Shown here piece by piece: positions 38,501 to 46,706 of a DNA stretch of 64,000 nucleotides. Both the position numbers and the translations under genes were made by a program. The notes under the pieces are model-generated. The model was not told where the DNA came from and ran no database searches. It worked only from the letters and a program-made list of their open reading frames with translations. The DNA is from an uncultured virus (IMG/VR IMGVR_UViG_3300048547_000618) (lineage: Duplodnaviria > Heunggongvirae > Uroviricota > Caudoviricetes). How positions within the stretch are numbered: the stretch's first letter is position 1; each line of letters opens with the position of its first letter. The stretch is from IMG/VR virus record IMGVR_UViG_3300048547_000618. One strand, written 5' to 3'.

Positions 38501-40933
38501 AATTTTAGCAGGCCGTGGATTTTCTTCTTCACTACCTTTAACTACTGAATATGTGCCATATGTATCTACTGTAATATGGTCCATTCTTGAAAGATAATAA
38601 TCTATGTCTGCTTCAGCGGTATTATCATTTGCTGGAGTAATAAGAGTTCCAAGAGTAAGGTCGTTTAAACCTATAGCAGTTTCAGTATGGATACTAAAAG
38701 TTTCGGCCGTGCCGGCAGTATCAGTATAATCAACACCTGCATCTTTATTTACGTATGGCCTAAAATCAAAACATTCTCTTAAATTGAAACGCTTACCGCT
38801 TGTTGACGTGTAAACCGGAATTTTATTTGTTGGAATTGTTCCTGCCGCGGGTGTTGCCGTGTCATCAATTGGGTAACTATCAATAGTAAAGAAATAATCA
38901 TCATTAGGATTAACTTCAAATACTTTTATTTGAACAGTTAATGTACCTGCTGCAGGTTTTGGGCGACCTGTAACATGTTCATAATAACTCAAACCATAAT
39001 GAGTATCTTTTTGGTTTGTTTTTAAACGAAAGCTGTTTTTCCATTCTTTACCATTTACGTCAACAATGCTTATGATTTCAAATACATCAGGGAAACCTAT
39101 TTTCCATTTTTGAGTTGAAGATAGTGGGTTATATGTTGTTTTAATATATGGCGTTGCTACTGTTTTTGCATAAGGAGCCGCAACAACTCTTTTGTTATAA
39201 TAAACATAACAAGTGTTAGTCATATTCGTAGACGTAGTAATTGTAAGAACGCTATTATTAACGTTTACTGCTGTACCTGTTACTGTGTGCAATGTACCAT
39301 CACTTTGAATAATAAGAACATCGTCGTTGTTACATACAAAGTTTTCGTCGGCAGTATTAAGAATTGTAATCTGCATAGATGTTGTAGTTGCAGGTGATTT
39401 TAATTCTTTTAGTCGTTTCACAATAGTGATATTATCAGTTGATTCTAAACTATATGCCCCAGAATTAAAAATTGCTGGATACCGGTCAGTATCTTTGAAA
39501 GTAGATCCTTCGGCAATTTCAATATGGTCTCCATTACCGCTACCAGTTTGAATATATTTTACATCGGCAAACGTTTTTCCAGGAGTAACCATGTTAATAC
39601 CTGAAAGATATATTTTAGTAGGAGTTATGTTTCTAACCCACGCTGTGCCAATGTCAACATTAGAAGAATCTTGTAAATCATATGTTGCGTTATCAATATC
39701 AGGGATACTTGTATTTGTACCGCCAAACGCAACAATATCTACGTATCCACCATAAGATTGGTTAATAGGTTGTGCTTCTACTGTTGCAGTTGTTGCAATT
39801 GGATCAATAGTAAAATCTCGTTGACCTTTATTTTCTACACGGTGACCTTTAACATATGCAACACCAGGGTTGACGAGCATCTTAAGATCGCCGTCTCTAC
39901 GGTCAGGAACAACATTAAATTTTTCTACAACGTAATTACCTGATTCTTCAAACGTGCGTTTAGCCATTTCTTCGCCGAGGACGTTATATTGTGATACGTC
40001 TCTGAGAAGTACTGCGTCACCATTTTGGTAACGTATAAGAGTAAAGAAGTCTTTATCGCTATCAGCGTTAGCAGTTGAAAGTACTGTAAGAATTGGAGTT
40101 AACTTTAATCTATCTGCGCCAGGAGCATTATAGTTTTTAGATCCTAATGCGTTATCAAAAAGATTACTATCACCTAATGAATCAATAAGCTCTTCTTTAA
40201 CTTTATATCCAACTGAAACACCGTCAGGAGCGTTTGAATATTTTTCAACAATTAAAGTTTGCGTACTTGTAAAAAGAAAATGACCTTTTTGAAAAATAAT
40301 ACCAGGCGCACTTTGTATACCAAAAGCATTCCCTGTTGCGTTTACTTGATCTGTAACGTTGCAAGTTTGAACGATAGTCGGTCCAGGAGCTGTTGGGTGT
40401 GGTTGTCCGCCAACAAATTTATACTGAATAATGTTTAGTTCTTCACCTTCCTGAAACGATTTTCTATAAGATACATTTGAAACGGATTCATTGGCATTTA
40501 AATAGTTAACCCAGAAAGTATTAAGATCAGGTGGCCTTGTTTCATAACCGATTTGCGCTGAAACAATGCTAGCTTTAAGATTGTTAATTAAACCTTCCAC
40601 CCAATAAACAATATCAACCTCAGTATCAACACCACTTATTTCTTCAATAACTGTTACTGGTTTATATAACTCAGGATCAAATCCGGTTTTGTTATTTAGC
40701 TTAACATATTTTAAATCATTAAGATTTGTAAAAGTAGAACCTTTAATGATGCTACCTTCTTTAAATATATTATCGCCAAACTGTTCAATTTGGTTTTGTA
40801 ATATCGTTTGCAATTGTGTAAGCTCACGAGCCTGAACCGCATACGCCGGTTTAAACAAAACCTTATAGAATTGATTTTCTATATCATAGTCATCATAATA
40901 AGGTGATATATTTAAATCTGTGTTAATAGGCAT
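35498..40933 (-). CDS. VrlC/DUF4815-like large virion structural protein (1811 aa)
   Basis: N-terminus TDLNISPYYDDY...KVLFKPAYAVQARELTQLQTILQNQIE, plus APGADRLK, ARRT-like AKRTFEESGNY and DPLAQTF motifs. Confidence 0.85.
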   Translation of the reverse strand: MPINTDLNISPYYDDYDIENQFYKVLFKPAYAVQARELTQLQTILQNQIEQFGDNIFKEGSIIKGSTFTNLNDLKYVKLNNKTGFDPELYKPVTVIEEISGVDTEVDIVYWVEGLINNLKASIVSAQIGYETRPPDLNTFWVNYLNANESVSNVSYRKSFQEGEELNIIQYKFVGGQPHPTAPGPTIVQTCNVTDQVNATGNAFGIQSAPGIIFQKGHFLFTSTQTLIVEKYSNAPDGVSVGYKVKEELIDSLGDSNLFDNALGSKNYNAPGADRLKLTPILTVLSTANADSDKDFFTLIRYQNGDAVLLRDVSQYNVLGEEMAKRTFEESGNYVVEKFNVVPDRRDGDLKMLVNPGVAYVKGHRVENKGQRDFTIDPIATTATVEAQPINQSYGGYVDIVAFGGTNTSIPDIDNATYDLQDSSNVDIGTAWVRNITPTKIYLSGINMVTPGKTFADVKYIQTGSGNGDHIEIAEGSTFKDTDRYPAIFNSGAYSLESTDNITIVKRLKELKSPATTTSMQITILNTADENFVCNNDDVLIIQSDGTLHTVTGTAVNVNNSVLTITTSTNMTNTCYVYYNKRVVAAPYAKTVATPYIKTTYNPLSSTQKWKIGFPDVFEIISIVDVNGKEWKNSFRLKTNQKDTHYGLSYYEHVTGRPKPAAGTLTVQIKVFEVNPNDDYFFTIDSYPIDDTATPAAGTIPTNKIPVYTSTSGKRFNLRECFDFRPYVNKDAGVDYTDTAGTAETFSIHTETAIGLNDLTLGTLITPANDNTAEADIDYYLSRMDHITVDTYGTYSVVKGSEEENPRPAKIESNQLVISTVAIPGFPALTPREAAQQGKNHYAITAKSSGVKNYTMKDIQRIDNKIQALEYEVLLNRLETEVQNLNILDENGLTRFKNGYIVEPFKDLQLANLEDANFNSSVPFDKEILAPAVRTFPLDLKLKSNTNATIFPDTANPEIATLSRNSHVSLISQTFATGFRNAVSNFYKYSGVGRLSPDHDSVHDTVADPINIVSDLTAPFNNFLENLQEFLPLTGTEVTTFQKQIGNAAQWFPTTVTNTKTSTLVMTEGSTSTVNAGEMVSNVHFEPYMRSRDVNVYMSGLRPSTRHYFFFDGISVDAHVMPGTEVDTAREVERFGVKGAEVTTDANGVLRAVFNVPAETFFVGDRELEVVDVSQYASISSASTSYGSLMYHAFNIDIEKTSLTGTVRIPSFDINTTTTERNGPRRARPQPRDRGNDNGDPLAQTFFIKQGMGKGSGSVFASKVDLYFKKKSTTNGVNIELREVVNGYPSAHIIPFSQVHLTPSQVSATDDASAATTIDFEAPIRLDVEKEYAIVIKPDANDPNYLVFTSKVGGTDITPGNVGAAVVQDWGDGVLFTSTNNRAWKSYQDEDIKFALYRHDFNASTGSVTLSPEDLEFFSISTRDGDFQSGEQVYQEKALTGATIATVSGVLGNNFVTGTALNETYAAGMSVIIKDSTNTLRDIFTIASVDSATQVTLNKKLPFVVTSGTMYPCVNGSINYFNIFSDEVLYLRKSTADATLQFAGVDVTLNASLSGIEGLDSRATAVIESVDNINVSYIQPMILKSNDAITTTALSGQFNDPANTLQNYSLPMKFADNNYFNKKGNLLYSKSNDTLNTKPFDLTINMANKANSTSTPIIDLETASLIAYQYKSTNAADTTCKYISKTIELKESLDAEDFNVILTGYRPNGTDIKVYIRPINAHDYTDESSIDWIELELYEGLNLFSSSANIDDYKEFSYRVPSTNLDSGVLTYSTTLGEFLGFRKFAVRIDLLSANTYQVPYVADYRGIALT

Positions 40934-40946
40934 CTATCTTAATTCC

Positions 40947-42599
40947 TTAAAATTCTAGCACGAGTTTGTACTCTTCACGGGAGGAGTTGTTACGTGTAAG
41001 AGGAAATAAATCTTCCATAAAGTACACTTCTCCGGTTCTTTGTTTATACGGTGATTCGGTTATATTATCTGCTACTGGTGTATTTATATTAATTGTCTGA
41101 CCTGTTGGAGTTGTTAGCGGATAAAGTTCGCTAAGCGCAATATCAGATCCAGGCTGATTTGCATAAGGTCCCATATACCCGTCAAGATATATTGTGTTTG
41201 CAGTGTAATCAAGTTCGTGAACGGTAGCACTAAATATTACTTCGTTATTGACATCTATTTGCTGTAATACTGTTCCTGCCGATACAGCCTTTGCGATATC
41301 GTTAGTAACAATCGCAAGTCTGTTGTCAAAAATGTTAGGGCCGGTTGTAGGATATAAAACAGCATCAAAATCTGGATCTTTAATAATACCAAGTTGTGAA
41401 TAACTACCTGTTGCACCAATTGCGTTATTATCTGCTTCTGTAACATAACCGTAAAGAAGAATGTGTTTACATTTAAATTCATCCACTGGGTTTGATCCGT
41501 GACCACCCCTTGGGGATAATATCGGTCGAAGGGTTGCGCGTACTTCAATGCTCGCTTCTGACTCAGGATCAAAATCGTATAGTGGATCTATAATTTCAGC
41601 GCTTGCACGAGTATAATCACTACCTGCGTTAATCATTCTAATTTTTGTAATGGTTCCATTATTGTTTATTACCGGGATAGCGGTTGCTCCTGTTCCATCA
41701 CCTGTAACTTCAATTCTAGGATACACGGCCGCAGTTCCGTTTTTCGCAGCGCCAGGAAGGCGTGGATTATCGGTGTCTAACACAACAGTAAATTCGCCAG
41801 TCTCGTCAATGGAATTATAACTATATGAAGTAATTTTTCTAACATACGACTCACCGTTTCCATCAGTTACATACAAGGTCATCCCTGCGTAATAGTTTGC
41901 AATTTCAGACAAAGAATTATCATCGCAAATAATTAAACCGGCGTTATCAGGCGCTTCGGCAACATTCATTCCTGTAACACTAAAATATCCTTGATTGGCT
42001 TCTGTGTTTGTAATTAAGATTTGGTCAACTACAGACCCTGTAAAATTAGACGGGTTAGCCGCAACTGGATCTACCTCAAAAGAACCGCCGATTGGAATAT
42101 AGCCAATAGCATTGTATGCTTCAAAATCCGATTGAGTTAAAGCAAACATATACTTCCAAACATAACCATCCGCGGTTTCATAAATTTGATCTGCGTCTGA
42201 TGCAACAAAGGGTGGAGGACTTGTAACTTTCTTACCATTGTTATTATTTAAACATTTATAAATTCTATAGTCGCCAGTGTCGTTAACATTAGGTCCGACA
42301 GCCGCAAAAAACTTTTGGTCTTCTAAATCGGTAGCGTCGTCATATTGAACAAACACTTGGCCTTCTTGCCACGGATAATATTTAATCATAAATTTGGTAT
42401 CAGATGTTAAAATCTTTTTACCGAATAAAACGTTATCTAAAAATTGTATTTCTGAAACTTTAGTATTAGCCGCTGAAACCCGTGAAGTTGGGTCTGTTGT
42501 AAGCGAAGAAACAAAAACATAGAATTCATTAGATGCTAAATCATTATAAAATAATCTTAGCAAATCTGTTTTATATTTTGTAGTTAGAATTTCTGTCAT
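40947..42599 (-). CDS. gp8: Baseplate wedge subunit gp8
   Basis: YRIYKCLNNN, ETADGYVWKYMF, SPRGGHGSNP and C-terminal R...REEYKLVLEF motifs. Confidence 0.85.
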   Translation of the reverse strand: MTEILTTKYKTDLLRLFYNDLASNEFYVFVSSLTTDPTSRVSAANTKVSEIQFLDNVLFGKKILTSDTKFMIKYYPWQEGQVFVQYDDATDLEDQKFFAAVGPNVNDTGDYRIYKCLNNNNGKKVTSPPPFVASDADQIYETADGYVWKYMFALTQSDFEAYNAIGYIPIGGSFEVDPVAANPSNFTGSVVDQILITNTEANQGYFSVTGMNVAEAPDNAGLIICDDNSLSEIANYYAGMTLYVTDGNGESYVRKITSYSYNSIDETGEFTVVLDTDNPRLPGAAKNGTAAVYPRIEVTGDGTGATAIPVINNNGTITKIRMINAGSDYTRASAEIIDPLYDFDPESEASIEVRATLRPILSPRGGHGSNPVDEFKCKHILLYGYVTEADNNAIGATGSYSQLGIIKDPDFDAVLYPTTGPNIFDNRLAIVTNDIAKAVSAGTVLQQIDVNNEVIFSATVHELDYTANTIYLDGYMGPYANQPGSDIALSELYPLTTPTGQTININTPVADNITESPYKQRTGEVYFMEDLFPLTRNNSSREEYKLVLEF

Positions 42600-42620
42600 G
42601 TCACTTCCACTCTTTCTTAA

Positions 42621-42628
42621 TATTTATA
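42621..42628 (-). promoter_or_regulatory. T4-type late promoter TATAAATA
   Basis: Exact consensus 21 nt upstream of the gp8 start. Confidence 0.8.
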
Positions 42629-42635
42629 TACAATT

Positions 42636-45290
42636 TTAGCCTCTTTTTCTAATTTTAGCTCGAGGATAAACTGCGCCTGTGGTTGGGCGTGGTTTAAAAT
42701 TTCTTTGTGGATATGCAAAACCTTCTTCAGGTCTTTGGTTAATCCATCTCAGTATTTTATTTGGACCGCCTTGTAAACTTGTTGTGTCCATTGGGTCATC
42801 GGCTGCGCTATCATACATCTTATTGTCTGATGCGTTATCAATTATCCATTGCTGCGCTTCGGCTTGAGTCATATTCGGCCAACTTTCAGCCAAGATAGCC
42901 AAAACGCCTGCCACTTGTGGGCTAGCCATAGATGTTCCGTAATATTTTGCGCCTTCATAATTACTATCTCTTGAGTCGGTAAATGGCCCGACGGTTGCGT
43001 ACTGATTTGTATTTAGCGAGCTTTGAATTGTTTCGCCGGCCGCGTAAATATCAACTTGTGAACCTGTGTTTGAAAAACCAGCTTTCTTTTCATCAGTATC
43101 GTTACTTAGTGCGCCAACAACAATTACTTCTGCTTTACCAGCTGCAGAACCAGTACCTCTATGAGTATAGACTGTTTGCTCGTAGTCAAATCCAAAAAAC
43201 GTATAAGGCCAATACACTATGTTATTATAATCTTGGTCAGTGCTATTAGTAATTTTACACCTATCGTTTCCGGCGGCGGCTACAACAATAATTCCATCAT
43301 CTATAGCATCTTGAATATCTGCAAACCTTGATGTAAAATATGCTTGAACCGTTGGTGTATCATCAGTTGTGTATATACCACGAGATGTATAATCAGACTC
43401 AACTAAAGCACTTCCTTTATCATATTCTGTTCCTCTATAGTTGATTTTTTCAGGTGCGGTATAAACAGCACCGCTACTTGCGGTATATGCTTGAAGTGTT
43501 ACGGTTGATCCGTAACTATGATTTGTGATTGTAGGGTTTTTTCTACCAGTTGCAGGGTTTACCGATTTAGCATTGTGCCATGCACGTACATAATCCCAAT
43601 AAGTAGATGAACTTAAACCGTTTGTTCCGAAGTTTTGGTTTGTGCCATAAATACTGATGTTGTAAATATTTGCGTCACGAGCCCATCCTTGTTTATTTCC
43701 GGCAACTGTACCAGCGACATGAGCACCATGATTGTTATCATCAGTACGATCTGGAATTCCGTCACCGTTGTTATCTGCGTAAGCAGCGTCAATATATGGA
43801 GTATAGACGTAAGTGTCAGTTCCTGAACCGATATCGTTTTGAAACCAATTGTATTGATTAACTCTTGGAGCACCGTTTGATGCTGGTGTATAATATGAAG
43901 GACCGAGATCATTATCCCTAAAAATATCTCTTAAAACATCAAAGTCTGGTTTACTTAAAACTGGCTCAAAGTATTTTTTAAACATAGCATGACCCAACGG
44001 GTTATTTGCTAACATACCTGCTGGTGTTTTTAACGTATCAGACCATTCTGGCGCAAGACTTTCTCCATCCCAGAATTGACTCATATCCCACATTGACCAA
44101 TTAACTAAATAAGTATATTCTTTGTATGCAACTGTAGCTGCTTCAGCATCTGTTGCCCAATCTGTAGAATAACCAGATGGATCGTATAGGCTGGCGTCAA
44201 TTGCTTCTTTCATTGCAAGATGTAATTCTGTATTTTGCCAATCAAAACTAGGATTGCCTTCGAGTATCGGTCCTAAAGATTGCATAGGAACTTCTGTAGC
44301 ACTTCCAGGAACTGCACCTGGAATACCAAAGTTATGAATTGTATGGAACAAGTGTTCTGCTAACTCTTCGATGTCTCTATCGCTTGTTGGCGGATTTGCT
44401 CCTGATGAATTTCTATACCATACCATATCGTCCATAGCGTTATTATCTAAAAAAGTTTGGTATCCTGCGTATTGTGCCGCACCTGCGTCTGTTAAAAAGT
44501 TTGGTGTATATGAAGCACCACCACCCCAAGCAACTCTTTGTGCCGTAGGTAAGCCTGCATGTGTAGTTCCCGAATCACCTTTTAATGTTTTAATTAAATT
44601 GGCTTGGTGTTCTAAATTAATTAAAGGATCTTGTGGATTAATAAGTAATGTAATAAATTTTGCAGTTTTATATGCCCAAGCGTCTGGTACTGCAGTTTGT
44701 CCACCTACTGCGCCAGCAATAACACATTTAACTCCACGAACTGTAATTGATCTATCAAATACTGCTCCGTTAGATGAGTCACTTACAAGTGCACCATCTG
44801 AATAATCTGTCTCAGTTCCAATTGTTGCAAACTCTGGATGCGCTGGATCAAAATGTCCGTCAAATATTACAACATCAACATGTTTTCCTGACGCTGTTAT
44901 ATTCACATCACGTGTATAACCTGATGTACCAGGAAGACCCCAATTTGACAAATTATCTTCTATCGTATGTCTTAATATACCCCAATTGATATGATCTGCA
45001 TCGCCTGAAGTTGTTTTATCAAAATCACCGTTAAACTCATATGTTGGAACATTTACAATCATATCTGCCATATCCACATCCCAAACACGTTCGTCTTGTT
45101 TGATAAGTGCCGCTTCTGCTGGAGTTAACATATAATGAGTGTTACGACTAATTGATCTTCTTTTTTCAACACCAACTGCTCTGTCTGGAATAAACAGATT
45201 TCCGCCAGGAGTTTCCATATCATTGTAGAAATCTTCTAGGTCCTCATGATTATGAAGAGTGATAATCCATTCAAGAGTTTGATCTGGCAT
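42636..45290 (-). CDS. Subtilisin-family (S8) serine protease with large inserted domain (884 aa)
   Basis: Triad motifs VDVVIFDG (D144), NHGAHVAGTVAG (H521) and GTSMASPQVAG, plus oxyanion motif AAGND. Confidence 0.9.
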   Translation of the reverse strand: MPDQTLEWIITLHNHEDLEDFYNDMETPGGNLFIPDRAVGVEKRRSISRNTHYMLTPAEAALIKQDERVWDVDMADMIVNVPTYEFNGDFDKTTSGDADHINWGILRHTIEDNLSNWGLPGTSGYTRDVNITASGKHVDVVIFDGHFDPAHPEFATIGTETDYSDGALVSDSSNGAVFDRSITVRGVKCVIAGAVGGQTAVPDAWAYKTAKFITLLINPQDPLINLEHQANLIKTLKGDSGTTHAGLPTAQRVAWGGGASYTPNFLTDAGAAQYAGYQTFLDNNAMDDMVWYRNSSGANPPTSDRDIEELAEHLFHTIHNFGIPGAVPGSATEVPMQSLGPILEGNPSFDWQNTELHLAMKEAIDASLYDPSGYSTDWATDAEAATVAYKEYTYLVNWSMWDMSQFWDGESLAPEWSDTLKTPAGMLANNPLGHAMFKKYFEPVLSKPDFDVLRDIFRDNDLGPSYYTPASNGAPRVNQYNWFQNDIGSGTDTYVYTPYIDAAYADNNGDGIPDRTDDNNHGAHVAGTVAGNKQGWARDANIYNISIYGTNQNFGTNGLSSSTYWDYVRAWHNAKSVNPATGRKNPTITNHSYGSTVTLQAYTASSGAVYTAPEKINYRGTEYDKGSALVESDYTSRGIYTTDDTPTVQAYFTSRFADIQDAIDDGIIVVAAAGNDRCKITNSTDQDYNNIVYWPYTFFGFDYEQTVYTHRGTGSAAGKAEVIVVGALSNDTDEKKAGFSNTGSQVDIYAAGETIQSSLNTNQYATVGPFTDSRDSNYEGAKYYGTSMASPQVAGVLAILAESWPNMTQAEAQQWIIDNASDNKMYDSAADDPMDTTSLQGGPNKILRWINQRPEEGFAYPQRNFKPRPTTGAVYPRAKIRKRG

Positions 45291-45291
45291 T

Positions 45292-46665
45292 CTAGGCCTC
45301 TAAGCTTAAGTGCGTTATTGTAACATCAATATTAGCAGTTCCACCGGTATCGTTTGTAACTGCAGCTGGAATTGTGTTACCAGTACTACAATAACCAATG
45401 ACCGCAGGGCCAAATTTAACAGTTTCACTTCCTGTTGTAATTACTTCGGCAATTACTCCTGCATCAGGTGCCGGGTCATTACCTCTTAATCTTGAAGCAT
45501 CGGCGGTTCTCGACGCAGTATCAATATACAATCTTACCCAAGCTGCGCCTGATACTTCAATTGAATATAAAACAAATGTTTTAGCCGCAGAAAGATCAAA
45601 GTTTGCAGTAGCACCATTTGCCATCCCGCTGTTAAGAGTATTGGTTGAAGTACGTGTATTTAGTCCACTTCCACCTGATGCACCTGCCGCAGCTTCAATT
45701 TCAATATCACCAATCATTGAACCATGAACAGTACAAATATACTTATAAGTACCACTGATTGTTCCTGGGACTTTCCAATACAATGTACCAGAGGTTTTAC
45801 CTTGAGCGCTTGCACCAGTAGTTCTAGTACCATTAGTTGCAATATGAATTAAGCCGTCATTATATGCTGATCCACCTGATGTTTCAATTTGGAACGGGTG
45901 CGAACCTGTTACATCTGTTAAGTCAAACGCGATTGTTTCGCCTGCTCTTACATGGATTGTTGGATTATCTACCGTGCCATAAATATCTGAACGGTATGCT
46001 GAAGAACCGTTAGGAGTCATAATGTGTGTTGTTTTAGCTTGTAACGCAATATCATGAGCATCAACATCAGCTGTTGAAATTTCTGTTAAACCACTAAAGG
46101 TCGAGGATCCTCCACCGCCGCCGCCTGACGCATCTTCAAATGTATAACCGCCTGCGCCGTCAGTTGTAAGTACTTGACCGTTAGTTCCATCTGATATTCC
46201 TAAATCGTTTAAGTCAGCTGGAATAACTGGAGGAGTATATGTAAATGCACCTGTACCACTATCGTAAGCAAGACCGCCATCTCCTGATGCCGCTGGTTCA
46301 GCTGCAACACTCAAATCAGTTAAAGCAATTCCGCTACCGCCGCCTGAGTCTGTTCCTGGCGCCCATTGGGCACCATCCCATTTTAATACTTGACCTGTCG
46401 TAGCTGCTACAGCGCTAACATCAGTTAACGCGCCTAATGTGGTTCCACCTCCGCCTGACACAGTAGTAAAAGTAAATGCACCATTACCGTCAGTTGTAAG
46501 TACTTGACCGTTAGTTCCGTCAGAAATTCCTAAATCTGTAAGTGTTGTTACACTAGCGTTATAAAGTTCTGTGAAGTTTTCGTTGACTTTAACGAACGCA
46601 GAACGTAACGGATCACCACCGCCATCATTAGCCGCTAGTCCTACACCAATTGTCTGCTTTGCCAT
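45292..46665 (-). CDS. gp9/gp10-like baseplate-anchored protein with cupredoxin-like domain (457 aa)
   Basis: N-terminus MAKQTIGVG.AANDG.GDPLR.AF.KVNENF.ELY matches the gp9/gp10 N-terminal motif. Also has GQVLTTDG/GQVLKWDG repeats and HPF...YxYxCTVHGSMxG. Confidence 0.75.
   Translation of the reverse strand: MAKQTIGVGLAANDGGGDPLRSAFVKVNENFTELYNASVTTLTDLGISDGTNGQVLTTDGNGAFTFTTVSGGGGTTLGALTDVSAVAATTGQVLKWDGAQWAPGTDSGGGSGIALTDLSVAAEPAASGDGGLAYDSGTGAFTYTPPVIPADLNDLGISDGTNGQVLTTDGAGGYTFEDASGGGGGGSSTFSGLTEISTADVDAHDIALQAKTTHIMTPNGSSAYRSDIYGTVDNPTIHVRAGETIAFDLTDVTGSHPFQIETSGGSAYNDGLIHIATNGTRTTGASAQGKTSGTLYWKVPGTISGTYKYICTVHGSMIGDIEIEAAAGASGGSGLNTRTSTNTLNSGMANGATANFDLSAAKTFVLYSIEVSGAAWVRLYIDTASRTADASRLRGNDPAPDAGVIAEVITTGSETVKFGPAVIGYCSTGNTIPAAVTNDTGGTANIDVTITHLSLEA
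46157..46518. repeat. 32 bp exact direct repeat (46157-46188 and 46487-46518)
   Basis: ccgtcagttgtaagtacttgaccgttagttcc occurs twice, 330 nt apart; it encodes part of DGTNGQVLTTDG. Confidence 0.85.
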
Positions 46666-46690
46666 TATTATAGCTCCTAAGTGTTTTAGT

Positions 46691-46698
46691 TATTTATC
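46691..46698 (-). promoter_or_regulatory. Variant late promoter GATAAATA
   Basis: One mismatch; intergenic, 25 nt upstream of the 46665 start (AGGAG SD). Confidence 0.5.
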
Positions 46699-46706
46699 CG
46701 TTTATT

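Noticed and set aside
43875..44825. Intein as an explanation for the S8 insertion
   Set aside because: No Cys/Ser block A, no His-Asn followed by Cys/Ser/Thr at the end, and no LAGLIDADG motifs.
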